Part shown: positions 1 through 9,862 of the stretch, one piece after another
How positions within the stretch are numbered: position 1 is the first letter of the stretch
Layout of the letters: each line of letters opens with the position of its first letter
From: Thermoproteota archaeon
Lineage (GTDB): Archaea; Thermoproteota; EX4484-205; JAAOZP01
Direction of reading: 5' to 3'
NCBI GenBank assembly: GCA_038848185.1
Contig: JAWCNV010000010.1
Span: forward strand, 1,361-65,360
Length of the DNA: 64,000 nucleotides
Notes under the pieces: model-generated
Told to the model about the DNA's origin: nothing
Seen by the model: the letters and a program-made list of their open reading frames with translations, nothing else
Database searches by the model: none
Program-made: the position numbers and the translations under genes

Positions 1-112
1 TGAAATCGTTAGGGAGATAGTATATTCGGGTGGAATGGTTCTTTCAGTAAACGTTGTCCATCCCTCTCTCGAGGAAGTTTACTTGAAGCTGGTTAAGGAG
101 GGGTCAGCTTGA
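1..112 (+). CDS. ABC transporter ATP-binding protein, C-terminal fragment (gene begins upstream of window)
   Basis: Open frame from the window edge (frame 2) ending ...HPSLEEVYLKLVKEGSA*, a typical ABC ATPase C-terminus; its stop TGA 110-112 overlaps the TTG start of the downstream ABC-2 permease. Confidence 0.5.
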   Translation, partial: EIVREIVYSGGMVLSVNVVHPSLEEVYLKLVKEGSA

Positions 113-933
113 GGTTAAACAGGGTTATGCTCGTATTCAAGAAGGATTGGCTTGAGATAAAGAGGAACCGAGAGGTGTTGCTTCCCATAATTATCATACC
201 TCTTCTTTTCTCCATAGGCGTTCCATTGATATTTATGGTTGGCACCATGGTGACTCCTGAATCCTCCTCACCAATGGAGGATCTTGAAAACTTGGTCAGA
301 AGCCTGCCTGAACATGAGAGAAACGAGGTGCTTCAAATGACTGTCCCGCAAGCAGCCGTATATGTCATTACTCTATACATGTTCGCTCCGTTCTTCCTGA
401 TAATCCCGGTTATGGCTTCCAGCGTGATAGCGTCAGACAGTTTTGCAGGGGAGAAGGAGAGGAGGACTATTGAGGCCCTTCTAGCAACACCAATATCGGA
501 CTCTGAACTGTTTTTAGGAAAGGTACTGGTTTCCTTCATCCCGTCTTTTACAGTTACAATAATTTCTTTTACAACGTATTCTATTTTAGTAGATGTTCTC
601 TCCTTCAGCATTTTCAACGGCAGGCTTCTGCTTCCCAACTTGGTTTGGATCATGCTGATATTTTGTCTTTCGCCAGCGATGGCGTTTACAAGTATTTGCC
701 TGACAGTCCTAGTTTCAGCCAGGGTTAAGGGCTTCAGGGAGGCTCAGCAGATTAGTGGGGTGTTGCTTCTTCCAATAATAATGTTAATGTTCGGACAGAT
801 TTCCGGGGTGGTTATGTTTGGACCCGTGGTTATCGGAATCTTAACGATATTTTTTATACTTATCGACTACGTGATACTGCGCTTAAGTGTAAGAGCATTT
901 AAACGGGAGGAAGTTCTATCGAAACTTGTGTAA
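109..933 (+). CDS. ABC-2 family transporter permease (6 TM)
   Basis: 274 aa hydrophobic protein with about 6 predicted TM segments, immediately downstream of and overlapping the ATPase fragment; classic ABC-2 exporter arrangement. Alternative ATG start at 127. Confidence 0.65.
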   Translation: MRLNRVMLVFKKDWLEIKRNREVLLPIIIIPLLFSIGVPLIFMVGTMVTPESSSPMEDLENLVRSLPEHERNEVLQMTVPQAAVYVITLYMFAPFFLIIPVMASSVIASDSFAGEKERRTIEALLATPISDSELFLGKVLVSFIPSFTVTIISFTTYSILVDVLSFSIFNGRLLLPNLVWIMLIFCLSPAMAFTSICLTVLVSARVKGFREAQQISGVLLLPIIMLMFGQISGVVMFGPVVIGILTIFFILIDYVILRLSVRAFKREEVLSKLV

Positions 934-1059
934 ATACTGGGGATGTCGAGCTGTAAACTCAGTAATGAGGGTTGATGGAGTGAAACTGGTTAAATCCTTT
1001 TCTATGGGTTCGATAGGCTGAAGAAATATAAGAAGGATGCTTCACTTTTAACATGATGA

Positions 1060-1482
1060 ATGTTGAAAATCTTTGAGAGTGAACTTGGAATTAGGACGAA
1101 AGGTGAATCAGATATTGTTGACATTACTGGTGAGGTTGAGCGAATCGTTTCAAAGACAGGTATTAGAAACGGTATTGTTAACATTTTCGTACCTGGGTCA
1201 ACTGGTGCTGTAACCACGATAGAGTACGAGCCTGGTTTATTGAAAGACTTGCCGAATGCATTGGAGAAGATTGCACCTAAGAATGCTTATTACGAGCATG
1301 AGAAGATGTGGCATGATGGAAACGGTCATTCACATGTCAGGGCGTCAATACTTGGTTCAAGCATAACGATCCCGGTCAAAGATGGTGGTCTGAGGCTCGG
1401 CACTTGGCAGCAGCTGGTTTTCTTAGAACTGGATGTGAGGCCGAGGAGCAGAACTCTCGTTGTAACCTGCTTAGGAGAATGA
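1060..1482 (+). CDS. YjbQ/UPF0047 family protein (secondary thiamine-phosphate synthase-like)
   Basis: 140 aa; family-typical segments DITGEV, VNIFVPGSTGAVTTIEYEPGL and HDGNGHSHVRASILG...LGTWQ (all read from the ORF track). Confidence 0.8.
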   Translation: MLKIFESELGIRTKGESDIVDITGEVERIVSKTGIRNGIVNIFVPGSTGAVTTIEYEPGLLKDLPNALEKIAPKNAYYEHEKMWHDGNGHSHVRASILGSSITIPVKDGGLRLGTWQQLVFLELDVRPRSRTLVVTCLGE

Positions 1483-1491
1483 TTATGGAAA

Positions 1492-2838
1492 ATGGTTGAT
1501 GTAAAGATAAGCATTATAGGAGCTGGCAGCGCCGTTTTCTCCATAAGTCTGATTAAAGACCTGTGTTTAACCCCCAACCTGTCGGGAAGCACCATAAGCC
1601 TAATGGACATAAACCGGGAGAGGCTGGACGCAGTATACTCAATCTGCACCAGGTATGCTGAGGAGACAGGCATTAAGCTGAGGCTGGAGAAGACGCTAAA
1701 CCGAAAGGAATCTCTTAAAGACGCTGATTTCGTCGTTAACACGGTGCTTACAGCCAGCTACGAGAGGCTTAGAGAAGGCTGGTCGATAGCGCGGAAGCTG
1801 GGCTACAGGTTTGGCGGAAGCTACCACATTATGCATGATGAAGCATTCTGGATAAACTTCTACCAGTTCAAATTCTTCGACTCGCTGATGAGAGACATTC
1901 TTGAAATCTGCCCGAACGCATGGTATATTCAGCTTGCAAACCCTGTTCTAGCAGGTGTAACATATCTCGGTAGAAAGTATGGGAACGTTAAAACTATTGG
2001 TCTCTGCCACGGTTTCAGTGGAATCTACAATGTAGTCAGGGTTCTAGGGCTTGAGAGCAGCAAGGTTAGTTTCAAGATACCTGGGGTAAACCATTTCATC
2101 TGGCTGACAAGCTTCACCTACAAGGGGGAGAATGCTTTTCCGCTTTTAGACGATTGGGTTGCTAGAGACGCTGAAAAATACTGGGAGAAAATTAACCCAA
2201 GCAGCGATTTAGGCCCTAAGGCAGTTGACCTCTATAAGAGATTCGGAGTTTTTCCGATTGGTGATACTTGTACTCCTGGAGGAGGCTCATGGCCATGGTG
2301 GTACCATACTGATAAGGAAACTGAAAGAAGGTGGAGGGAGAATCCTGAGGCATGGTGGGAAGGCTTCTTCTCATATGGTCGGAGGACTGTGGAGGAGATA
2401 ATGAGGCTATCCGGAGATACTAGGAGGGTTACAGAAGTTTTCCCGGCTGAGAAATCCGGCGAGATGATCGTGCCCATAATAGAGTCTATAGCCTGCAATA
2501 TTCCAAGGGTTTTCCAGGTTAACATAATTAATTCAGAAGGCTTCGTGCCGGGGGTTCCAGCAGATTTCGAGGTTGAAGTGCCAGCCGAAGTAAGCAGAAG
2601 AGGAGTTCAAGGAATTAGGGTCAACGGTTTACCGAAGCCTTTGGTCGCCTATATTCTTAGGGACCGGGTGGCACCTGTAGAGGTAGAGCTTGAAGCATAT
2701 AAGAATGGTAGCAGGGATAGACTGTTAGAGCTTATAGAGATGGATCCTTGGACAAAGTCCGAAGAGCAAGCGAGAAGCTTACTGAACAAAATACTCTCAT
2801 TACCTCATCATGAAGAAATGCGTCAACATTATAAATAG
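1492..2838 (+). CDS. aglA: Glycoside hydrolase family 4, NAD(+)/Mn-dependent alpha-glucosidase (AglA-like)
   Basis: N-terminal Rossmann motif KISIIGAGSAVFSISLIKDLC...LSGSTISLMDI, CHGF Cys motif and GVNHFIWL. Strong resemblance (from memory) to Thermotoga maritima AglA over the whole N-terminal half. Confidence 0.85.
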   Translation: MVDVKISIIGAGSAVFSISLIKDLCLTPNLSGSTISLMDINRERLDAVYSICTRYAEETGIKLRLEKTLNRKESLKDADFVVNTVLTASYERLREGWSIARKLGYRFGGSYHIMHDEAFWINFYQFKFFDSLMRDILEICPNAWYIQLANPVLAGVTYLGRKYGNVKTIGLCHGFSGIYNVVRVLGLESSKVSFKIPGVNHFIWLTSFTYKGENAFPLLDDWVARDAEKYWEKINPSSDLGPKAVDLYKRFGVFPIGDTCTPGGGSWPWWYHTDKETERRWRENPEAWWEGFFSYGRRTVEEIMRLSGDTRRVTEVFPAEKSGEMIVPIIESIACNIPRVFQVNIINSEGFVPGVPADFEVEVPAEVSRRGVQGIRVNGLPKPLVAYILRDRVAPVEVELEAYKNGSRDRLLELIEMDPWTKSEEQARSLLNKILSLPHHEEMRQHYK

Positions 2839-2923
2839 AGAAGTTGAACGAGTTCAATGAATTTGTTATTTCATTAAACAGGCAGATGGAAAAGTTTTAA
2901 AAACGCTGGCTGGTCGAGACTTC

Positions 2924-3727
2924 ATGAAAATCAATAATCATATTCACACTACGTTCAGCGATGGTTCCTCCAGCATACTGGATTACTGTGAGGCTGCGAT
3001 CCGGAAAGGATTTGGGGAAATAGCTTTCACAGACCATTTAACTATTCATCCAGATGGTTCAGCGGAGCCACACTCCTTAAACATGCTTAAACTGGAGAGT
3101 TATGTGAGAGAGGTGGAAAAGGTTTCAGAGGAATATAGGGATAAGTTAACCGTGAGACTTGGTGTAGAAGTCGACTATATTCCTGGAAATGAGGAGCTGG
3201 TGGAGAAAGTCCTAGGACGCTATGATTTTGACCTTATAATAGGCAGCGTGCACTTCGTCGAGGGAATCTGCATAGATTCTCGGAGGCAGAGGACTTTAAT
3301 GGAGAATGAAATAAGTAAGAATGGTTTTGACAGCTTCTATTCTAAATACCTCTATCTGGTTGGAAAAGCAGTGGAAACAGGTTTCTTCAATATTGTTGGC
3401 CACATGGATCTTGTGAGAATATGGGGGTTTAACCCTAGTAACGGTTTCTCCGAGGAGCAGAAAGTATTAAGCCTTGTCAAGCAGCATGGAACGTGTCTAG
3501 AAGTGTCTTCAAGAGGGTTGCGGCAACCTATTAACTCAATATATCCTTCTCGTAGAATCATGAGAAAGGCTCGTGAACTAGATATACCTGTAACAATAGG
3601 TACTGACGCCCATTCTGTTGAAGAGATAGATTATGCTTACGATTTTTTAAAGAGCTACATAAAAACGTTTGACTACGGCAGTATCGCTACCTTCAGTAAA
3701 CGGAGCATTGTAGAGAAAAAGCTCTGA
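2924..3727 (+). CDS. PHP-domain phosphoesterase (histidinol-phosphatase HisJ-like family)
   Basis: PHP motifs HIHTTFSDG (HxH...D) and FTDH, GSVHF, GHMD and TDAH His-rich metal-ligand motifs; 267 aa. Confidence 0.65.
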   Translation: MKINNHIHTTFSDGSSSILDYCEAAIRKGFGEIAFTDHLTIHPDGSAEPHSLNMLKLESYVREVEKVSEEYRDKLTVRLGVEVDYIPGNEELVEKVLGRYDFDLIIGSVHFVEGICIDSRRQRTLMENEISKNGFDSFYSKYLYLVGKAVETGFFNIVGHMDLVRIWGFNPSNGFSEEQKVLSLVKQHGTCLEVSSRGLRQPINSIYPSRRIMRKARELDIPVTIGTDAHSVEEIDYAYDFLKSYIKTFDYGSIATFSKRSIVEKKL

Positions 3728-3777
3728 ACAATGTTTCAGATGGAAGCTGTGGAAATTAGAGTTTAAGACTATGTCCG

Positions 3778-3990
3778 TTAAGAAAAGCCCTTGAGGTGTT
3801 CCTTAAGTTTCTTAACGTTCTCTTCATTTTTAGATCTCCTTCTGAGATCTACTGGTAGTCCAAGCCTCTTAGCCTGATTAACTGTTAAACCCGCCTCTTT
3901 CAATTCTCCTAAGGAAAAGCCTCTTGCCCCCCTCCAGGATAAGGTGATTCCTCTTCTCCTCTTAGCCAAGGGTAAGATTTCATCACTCAT
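3778..3990 (-). CDS. rpl13e: 50S ribosomal protein L13e
   Basis: 70 aa; RGARGFSLGELKEAGLTVNQAKRLGLPVDLRRRSKNEENVKKLKEHL matches the conserved core of eukaryotic/archaeal L13e (GRGFSLEEL...GI.VD.RRRN). TATA-like AAATAAAATTTAAAAG about 30-40 nt upstream on the minus strand. Confidence 0.8.
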   Translation of the reverse strand: MSDEILPLAKRRRGITLSWRGARGFSLGELKEAGLTVNQAKRLGLPVDLRRRSKNEENVKKLKEHLKGFS

Positions 3991-4128
3991 TTCAAATCAT
4001 ATGATTCCTAATAACTCTTTTAAATTTTATTTCAAGCCCGTTAGCTTCGATAAGGAAAAGCCGTTTTTTCTCGATGTACATTATTAGAAAGAATAATGAA
4101 ATGAAATTTCAATGTAGAGTGAGAGGCT

Positions 4129-5148
4129 CTATTCTAAATACTCGTATAGCTCCCTTGGCTGAAGCTCTTTTAACCTGTCTGTTTGTTGAACAATATGCCT
4201 CCTTATGTCTATGCAGAGGTGACATTTAGAGATGTATCCTTCATCTTTCTCCTTGTAGCTGAATTCTTTTACGGCAAAATCATAAAGACTCCGGATGCTT
4301 GTGGTAAGTGCACGTAATATAGGTTTATCCTGAAGAGTTATTCCTTGGGTTAAAGAACTTATGTCTCTAGCATCTCCAAGAGATATTCCGCCGCAATATC
4401 CAGTCATATAGTTAAAGTAGTTGTCTATATGGATATGCCAGTTCCTTGTTAACTCACGTATGCAGGACTCGTTGAAGAACTCTTCAGCGGGATGCTTTAC
4501 GAAAAGATTCTTAAGCTTATAGCACGCTCTTCCCATCGGGAGAAGCTCAGCGTATCGCAATGCCTCCTTGTCTTTTTCCAAATATTTTTCCAAGGTTAGG
4601 GTGCCTTTAATATTGAGGCTTTTAAATCGACGGTAATATGTTTCCTGGTATATCATAGCATTTTCGCCGAAAACTTCCCTACCTATCCTAATGGCTCTTT
4701 CAGTTTGCTCAAAAGGAACCTGCTCCAGTATGAAGGGGTTTACGCTAATCAATATCCCTTTTAACCCTGCCTCCTTCAAAACGGTAAGCTTCTCTTTAAC
4801 ATGTTCTTCGCTTGTGCACCAGAAGCAATTGGTTTCAACAAATGTAGATGGGATTTTAAGCCTGTTCGCAATCTTAACCGCGTCCAGTAGAAGATTGAAG
4901 TTCAGGAAAGGTTCTCCACCAGTGAAATGTAATCCATGGTTTACACTTACATCCTCACGGCCATAAGGGCTTGGCTTGATCCGAGGGGCTAACTGCTTTA
5001 AAATCAACTCGACACCATTCTTAGTAAGCCAGTCTGCTCTCCAAAAAGGTGAACAGGCATACATGCAATGCTTGCACGTGCCTCCACACTTATAGGAAAG
5101 GATTAGTCCTGCCGAGATCGGCTCAGGTATGTGAAGCCGGTTCACCAA
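4129..5148 (-). CDS. Radical SAM domain protein (function unknown; extra C-terminal Cys motifs)
   Basis: N-terminal CGGTCKHCMYAC (CxxxCxxC), SAM-binding FTGGEPFLNF, additional C-terminal cysteines (GYCGG, KCHLC). Starts only 22 nt after the GH5-like gene stop, so likely co-transcribed. Confidence 0.75.
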   Translation of the reverse strand: MVNRLHIPEPISAGLILSYKCGGTCKHCMYACSPFWRADWLTKNGVELILKQLAPRIKPSPYGREDVSVNHGLHFTGGEPFLNFNLLLDAVKIANRLKIPSTFVETNCFWCTSEEHVKEKLTVLKEAGLKGILISVNPFILEQVPFEQTERAIRIGREVFGENAMIYQETYYRRFKSLNIKGTLTLEKYLEKDKEALRYAELLPMGRACYKLKNLFVKHPAEEFFNESCIRELTRNWHIHIDNYFNYMTGYCGGISLGDARDISSLTQGITLQDKPILRALTTSIRSLYDFAVKEFSYKEKDEGYISKCHLCIDIRRHIVQQTDRLKELQPRELYEYLE

Positions 5149-5170
5149 TTCTTCATACTACCGGTTTTTC

Positions 5171-7955
5171 TCATCTTTCGAAAACTATCTCATACCAGAT
5201 TGTCCTGAACTCTGACCCGATAGTGAAAGACTTGTAGGAGCCTTCGCTGGATACTGGTACCTCCATGACCCTGTTTCCAAGGTTATCCAGTCCCCAAACC
5301 TTCATCCCCGCCTCAGTTTTGATCTTGATTGTTGCAGGAACCCCCTCAACCAAGGTTGGTGCGGAACCCCAGTCTCTGCCGCATGTTATCCGACCATTAA
5401 ATATCTCAATCTCAGTGAGTTCATTAGCCTCCCACTTTAACAGCTCTCTGCTACCATTATAGTCTCTGAGGGCCATACCCGTGTTTGTCACATAGCCGGC
5501 AGCCACTAGGAGCGCTTTTTCACAATGTTCCAGGTTCTCGCCATCGAGCGACGAGAATGCTATGACGCTCCAGCCATCCAATAGTGAATCACCCGGCTCA
5601 ACAATAATCGTTCCAAAGTCGAATAGTCTCCCCCCTCCGAAGCCTATGATGCCAATACTCTTCGGCGTGTTCACCGTAATAACTCCCCTACCTGCATTCG
5701 ACGTGTCCCATGTCACCTCCTCATTGTCCGACCTGTAGGTTGATCCAGAAACCCTTATGTCGCTGAAGTTGCTGAATTCAGTGCCCCAGACATCTATCTC
5801 CGTCCTATGCAGCAGAGATAACAGGGGGTTCAGCCCTACGTGTTTAGCGTCTGGCAGACCCCAAGCCCAGACCTGCCTATTAAGCAAGTTCATCTCGTCC
5901 TCCCTAGTCAGCTTCGCGACAACAAGCTTGTTTGCTGGCTTAACATCTCCTCTAACAAATATTAGGTGTGCAGGTATCAGCATGGCCATGTGGATAGGGT
6001 GCTGATCCATGTCGAAGAACCCTCTTATCTTCGAGGAGTTCCAATTGCCCCTGCTACCGTAGGCGAACATGAATACTCCATCCCAATCCTGTAGAGCAGC
6101 ATAAGTAGCTATAGTCAAGACTGCTTCAGCATCATACATGTTTGGCGCAGGATGACCATACTCTGTTACGAAATGAGGCTTGTTCAGAACGTTCTTTACG
6201 GCTAAGCCAACTATTGTGCTATCCCTAGGGTTGTTCACCATCGGCTTGTTTTCCACATACCAGTTTACTGGATCCCAAGAAGTACCGGGAAACTGCGGGT
6301 GCTGCCAGTAGGCGTGAGTATCAACTATATCCATTTCCGACATTATGCTCGGTGGGCTGCAGCTGCTGCTGATCGTCCCTATGACGAGTGCTTTTGATCG
6401 TAATTCCTCCTTTATGAAATTGCGCATATTTAGGAAGAACTCCTCCTCCAAGTAGTAGAGAAACTCTAACCAATCGCTGTCGGCATAGGTTCTTCGACGG
6501 TTCACCCAATCTTCGAAGGATACTATCTCAACCGTACCCTGCTCAAGACTCTCCCCCTCCCTGAGGGAGCCCCAAGTGCTTCTAAGGAAGTTTGTGGACC
6601 CATACTTTAATAGGAGATAATTGTTCCACTTGTCCCTCAGCCTGCTCTTGAAAACTTCTGGAAGCTTATCTAGAACGCCCATAAGCCAGGAGTTTATGAG
6701 CCCCTGCTCGTTAACTATCTCGACAAAAGCTATCGCCGGGTCCTCAGCATAGGTCATGCCGGTATAGGGGTTGAAATGGGTAAGAAGTTGTTCAGCATAT
6801 TCCTTCTCAAGATTCTCGATCTCTTCCATGAAGAATCCTAGGGCCTGATGATCCTTCCATTCTATGGACTCAATTTCTCTTGGCAAGCCGTCCTCGGGCG
6901 TAAACCTCCTCGCTACGAGCAGGTTGAGGTCTACATATATCCCGTTCTCCTTAAGCTGGTATATGAAGTAGTCTAGTTTGTCAAGTGCCTCCTCGCTCAG
7001 GAGCCTAGTGCCCAGGAGAGGCTTTAGAGCCCCCCAGCTCGTCCACCCTTGGGAATCCTTCTCGAAATCGAAGATGGGGGTAAAGGCTTGGCTGTTTGGA
7101 TCAGACCATCCAAAAGCGTCTATATAGAAGTTGCCGCTCCACTCCCTACCCGTCCACTCTCCAACTATAACTCCTACTGCTTTCACTCTGGTAGGGTCGC
7201 ATTTGGGAAAGCCTATTTGAGATGGGGGGTTGACGCTCAGATCCCAGCTTAATTGAACCCATTGGTCGCCCTTGCTGCTGAAGCTAGTTATGTCTGGGCC
7301 AGCGTCCCCCCAGTTCCATTTATCGTCCATTATGAATATCTTAGCCTGAATATTTATGGTTGCAGCCTCCTCTGGAACCTTCATCCAAACCGATAGCTTC
7401 TTGTTGCTCAAGTCCATTGGGGTGTCGAGGATGACTTGTACCCCTCCAGTATCGCCCAAGCTGCGGTTGAAGTAGAGTTTAAGGCTTCCTGAGCCATGGT
7501 ATGCTTCAGCAACCGTTTGGGAAACGCCGCCAACTTCAAAAATGTTGTATTCCCAGTTCGCGTCTAAACCATGAAAGCGCACAGCATTAACTCCAAACTT
7601 GGCTAGCCTCGCAGCAATCTTCTCAGCCTCATCCTTCTCCGGGAAACAAGCACCTCCTCCAATATTAACACCTAGGAACTTTATTCTTTTTCCATCGACG
7701 TAAAGATGGCTGTCACTCCCCACCGTTACGTAACCAAGATTCCCAGCAGGCTTTTCGAGTCTCTCACTAAGGCTAACCACCGTTTTACTATAATCATCCC
7801 ATGGAAGGTGAAACGGAAAAATTCTGCTTCCGACTACTATCGGTTCTGGCGTCGTTTGGGTTCCTAGTTTAGGCATGCTTTTGAGAAGGATTAAAAATAA
7901 GATAAAGATTATGATTGCACCCAATACGGTAATGACTGAAACTTCCTTTTTCATT
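5171..7955 (-). CDS. Membrane-anchored extracellular clan GH-A (GH5-like) glycoside hydrolase with inserted CBM-like beta-sandwich domain
   Basis: Start trimmed to MKKEVSVITVLGAIIIFILFLILLK (N-terminal TM/signal anchor; ATG rc at 7953-7955). TIM-barrel motifs FLGVNIGGG, GVNAVRFHGL, GIYVDLNL, acid/base VEIVNEQG (NEP-type) and nucleophile HFVTEYGHP (TE[YF]G). A roughly 155-aa domain (AYHGSGSLKLYF...FYIDAFGW) is inserted after beta-2 and is homologous to the CBM-like module of the 558-aa protein at 33529-35205. Confidence 0.7.
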
Positions 7956-8156
7956 GGGTTTCCTACCTCATGGGAGAAAAATAAACATTGCGGGCATAAG
8001 TGAGGACATTCTAAGTATTCGGATGAGAATTTTCTCCATACGCTATTAGCCGAAAAGATTACATGTTTAGCCTTCACCGCGCAACATCCAGAATGTCCTT
8101 GAAAACTAGCATAATTTAGGTTTATTAGTGCCGTCAAGTCTAAGATAACTTGGAAA

Positions 8157-8864
8157 ATGAAGACGCGTAACTCGGTTTCAGATAAAGATCGAGAGATAAT
8201 CAGGCGCTTAATGGAGGTTCGCACCTCTGACGTGATAGACGCTTTAGACAGGTATAATGTCCACGGTTCAACAATAGTTTCAGAGGAGATAAAGCCTCTT
8301 TTCAACGATATAAAGATGGCTGGGGTTGCATTAACCCTACGCCTCCTTAAGACAAAGGAGCCGATTCCAACAATGACTCCAGAAGAGTATGAACAGTATG
8401 TTGCAGACTGGTATGGTAAAAGAAACAATGCTGAACTCTTCCTAAAGATAGCTGAGCCTGGGCATGTTCTGGTTGCTGACGCAGGCGGATACACTCAAGT
8501 CGGCTTCTGGGGGTCCCTCATAGCATTAATAGCTAGGGATAAGGGTATAACTGGTCTGGTTATAGATGGTGGCTGCAGAGACGTTGGGGAGATTAGAAAG
8601 GAGAGGTTTCCTGTTTTCTGCAGAGGAGTTGGACGTACAGAAACCATTGGCAGACAGGAGCTTCGCCCTGAGGACATTAACATACCTGTTACTATCGGAG
8701 GGGTTCTAGTTGAGCCCGGGGACTTCATAATGGGTGACGATGATGGTGTTGTCGTCATACCTAGAAATCTGGCTGAGGCTGTGTCCCAAAGAGCCTTAAA
8801 ACAGTTTCAGGAGGACCGTAGAAATCAAAAGCCTTATCTTGAAAAATTCGGAATCCGGCTCTAA
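8157..8864 (+). CDS. RraA family protein (RraA/DlpA-like; 4-hydroxy-4-methyl-2-oxoglutarate aldolase / demethylmenaquinone methyltransferase-like fold)
   Basis: 235 aa; VLVADAGG, GGCRDVGEI, FIMGDDDGVVVIP motifs typical of the RraA-like family. Confidence 0.65.
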   Translation: MKTRNSVSDKDREIIRRLMEVRTSDVIDALDRYNVHGSTIVSEEIKPLFNDIKMAGVALTLRLLKTKEPIPTMTPEEYEQYVADWYGKRNNAELFLKIAEPGHVLVADAGGYTQVGFWGSLIALIARDKGITGLVIDGGCRDVGEIRKERFPVFCRGVGRTETIGRQELRPEDINIPVTIGGVLVEPGDFIMGDDDGVVVIPRNLAEAVSQRALKQFQEDRRNQKPYLEKFGIRL

Positions 8865-8878
8865 GGGAGGCTGAAAGA

Positions 8879-9325
8879 ATGGAGTACTGGGAAACCCGAT
8901 TAGGGAGAATAATCGTCTTCAGGTGCGACAGGGGAGAGGACCTTTTAAAAACTATTGAGAAAGTTGCTAACGAGAATAATGTTGTTAACGGAGTCATTGT
9001 CTCGGCGATAGGCACCCTTGGAAAATGCCGTATACACCGAGTTACCTCAAAAGGTCTGCCTCCTGAGGAAGCGTATATTGAGATAGATGGGCCGCTAGAA
9101 GTCAACTCTGTTGACGGGATTATTGCAAACGGGAAGCTTCATGCACATATCTCTGTTTCAGACAGTAAGGCAACTTATGGAGGCCACTTGGAACCCGGAA
9201 GCCCAGTCCTATATTTAGCTGAGATAGTTTTAGCTGAGATGATCGGTGTCTTTTTCAACCGTGAATTCGATGAGAAAACCCGTCTAAGCCTCTTGAAAGA
9301 GGCTTCAAAGGGGAAAGATGATTAG
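8879..9325 (+). CDS. PPC (DUF296) domain protein
   Basis: 148 aa; IVFRCDRGEDLL...GVIVSAIGTL...HAHISVSD pattern of the plants-and-prokaryotes-conserved PPC domain. Confidence 0.5.
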   Translation: MEYWETRLGRIIVFRCDRGEDLLKTIEKVANENNVVNGVIVSAIGTLGKCRIHRVTSKGLPPEEAYIEIDGPLEVNSVDGIIANGKLHAHISVSDSKATYGGHLEPGSPVLYLAEIVLAEMIGVFFNREFDEKTRLSLLKEASKGKDD

Positions 9326-9419
9326 GACTGTCTACTCAAAGTGAATTATTGCCCACCAGTGTCCTGCAAACATTGTATGAAAAACTATTTAATTAGCTTT
9401 TAAAGAGAACCAACGTAGC

Positions 9420-9773
9420 ATGGTTAACTACATTCAGGTTTTTACATGTACTGAAAAGAAGGAGGATGCTGAAAAGATTGCTAGAACACTGTTAGAGAGG
9501 AGACTGGCAGGTTGCATTCAGATAATTGGTCCAGTATCAAGCTTATACTGGTGGAAAGGGAAAATCGAGGAGGCTGAGGAATGGCTCTGCATAATAAAAA
9601 GTGAGAAAAGCCTTTACGAGGAGCTTGAGAAAACGATTAAGGAGAATCATCCGTATGCTGTTCCGGAAATAATAAGTATTCCAATCATTACTGGGAGTAA
9701 AGAATATCTTAATTGGCTTAGTGATATACTTTTAAGTCAAAATAAAGGAAGTGGTGAAGATAATAGCTATTGA
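9420..9773 (+). CDS. cutA: Divalent-cation tolerance protein CutA
   Basis: 117 aa; VFTCTEKKEDAEKIARTLLERRLAGCIQIIGPVSSLYWWKGKIEE...PYAVPEIISIPI matches the CutA1 family signature. Confidence 0.85.
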   Translation: MVNYIQVFTCTEKKEDAEKIARTLLERRLAGCIQIIGPVSSLYWWKGKIEEAEEWLCIIKSEKSLYEELEKTIKENHPYAVPEIISIPIITGSKEYLNWLSDILLSQNKGSGEDNSY

Positions 9774-9862
9774 AGAAACCATGTTAAGAAATATGCTGCT
9801 CCAAAAACATAATGGTGAAAGCAGCATCACATACTATAAGGCTCTTTCCATTTCTTTCTATT

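Noticed and set aside
333-653. Antisense 106-aa ORF inside the ABC-2 permease gene. The same class includes 1002-1217, 1326-1742, 2232-2525, 3352-3561, 4691-4966, 8495-9105, 18234-18690, 23917-24555, 44793-45107, 49887-50267, 53440-53664 and 54522-54905.
   Set aside because: Each is fully embedded in or antisense to a long, motif-supported gene. None has a recognisable motif, and the biased amino-acid composition is typical of a shadow ORF.
7956-8494. N-terminal 180-aa extension of the ORF-track 5171-8494 minus-strand ORF
   Set aside because: The extension overlaps the well-supported plus-strand RraA-like gene and has no features. The protein clearly begins at the internal MKKEVSVITVLGAIIIF signal anchor (ATG rc 7953-7955) with an intergenic promoter region upstream.
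9794-9840. Inverted repeat ATGCTGCT...AGCAGCAT after cutA as an intrinsic terminator
   Set aside because: The 8-bp stem has a loop of about 30 nt, which is not a convincing hairpin. Archaeal termination needs only the following T-rich tract, and that tract lies inside the convergent gene's 3' end.
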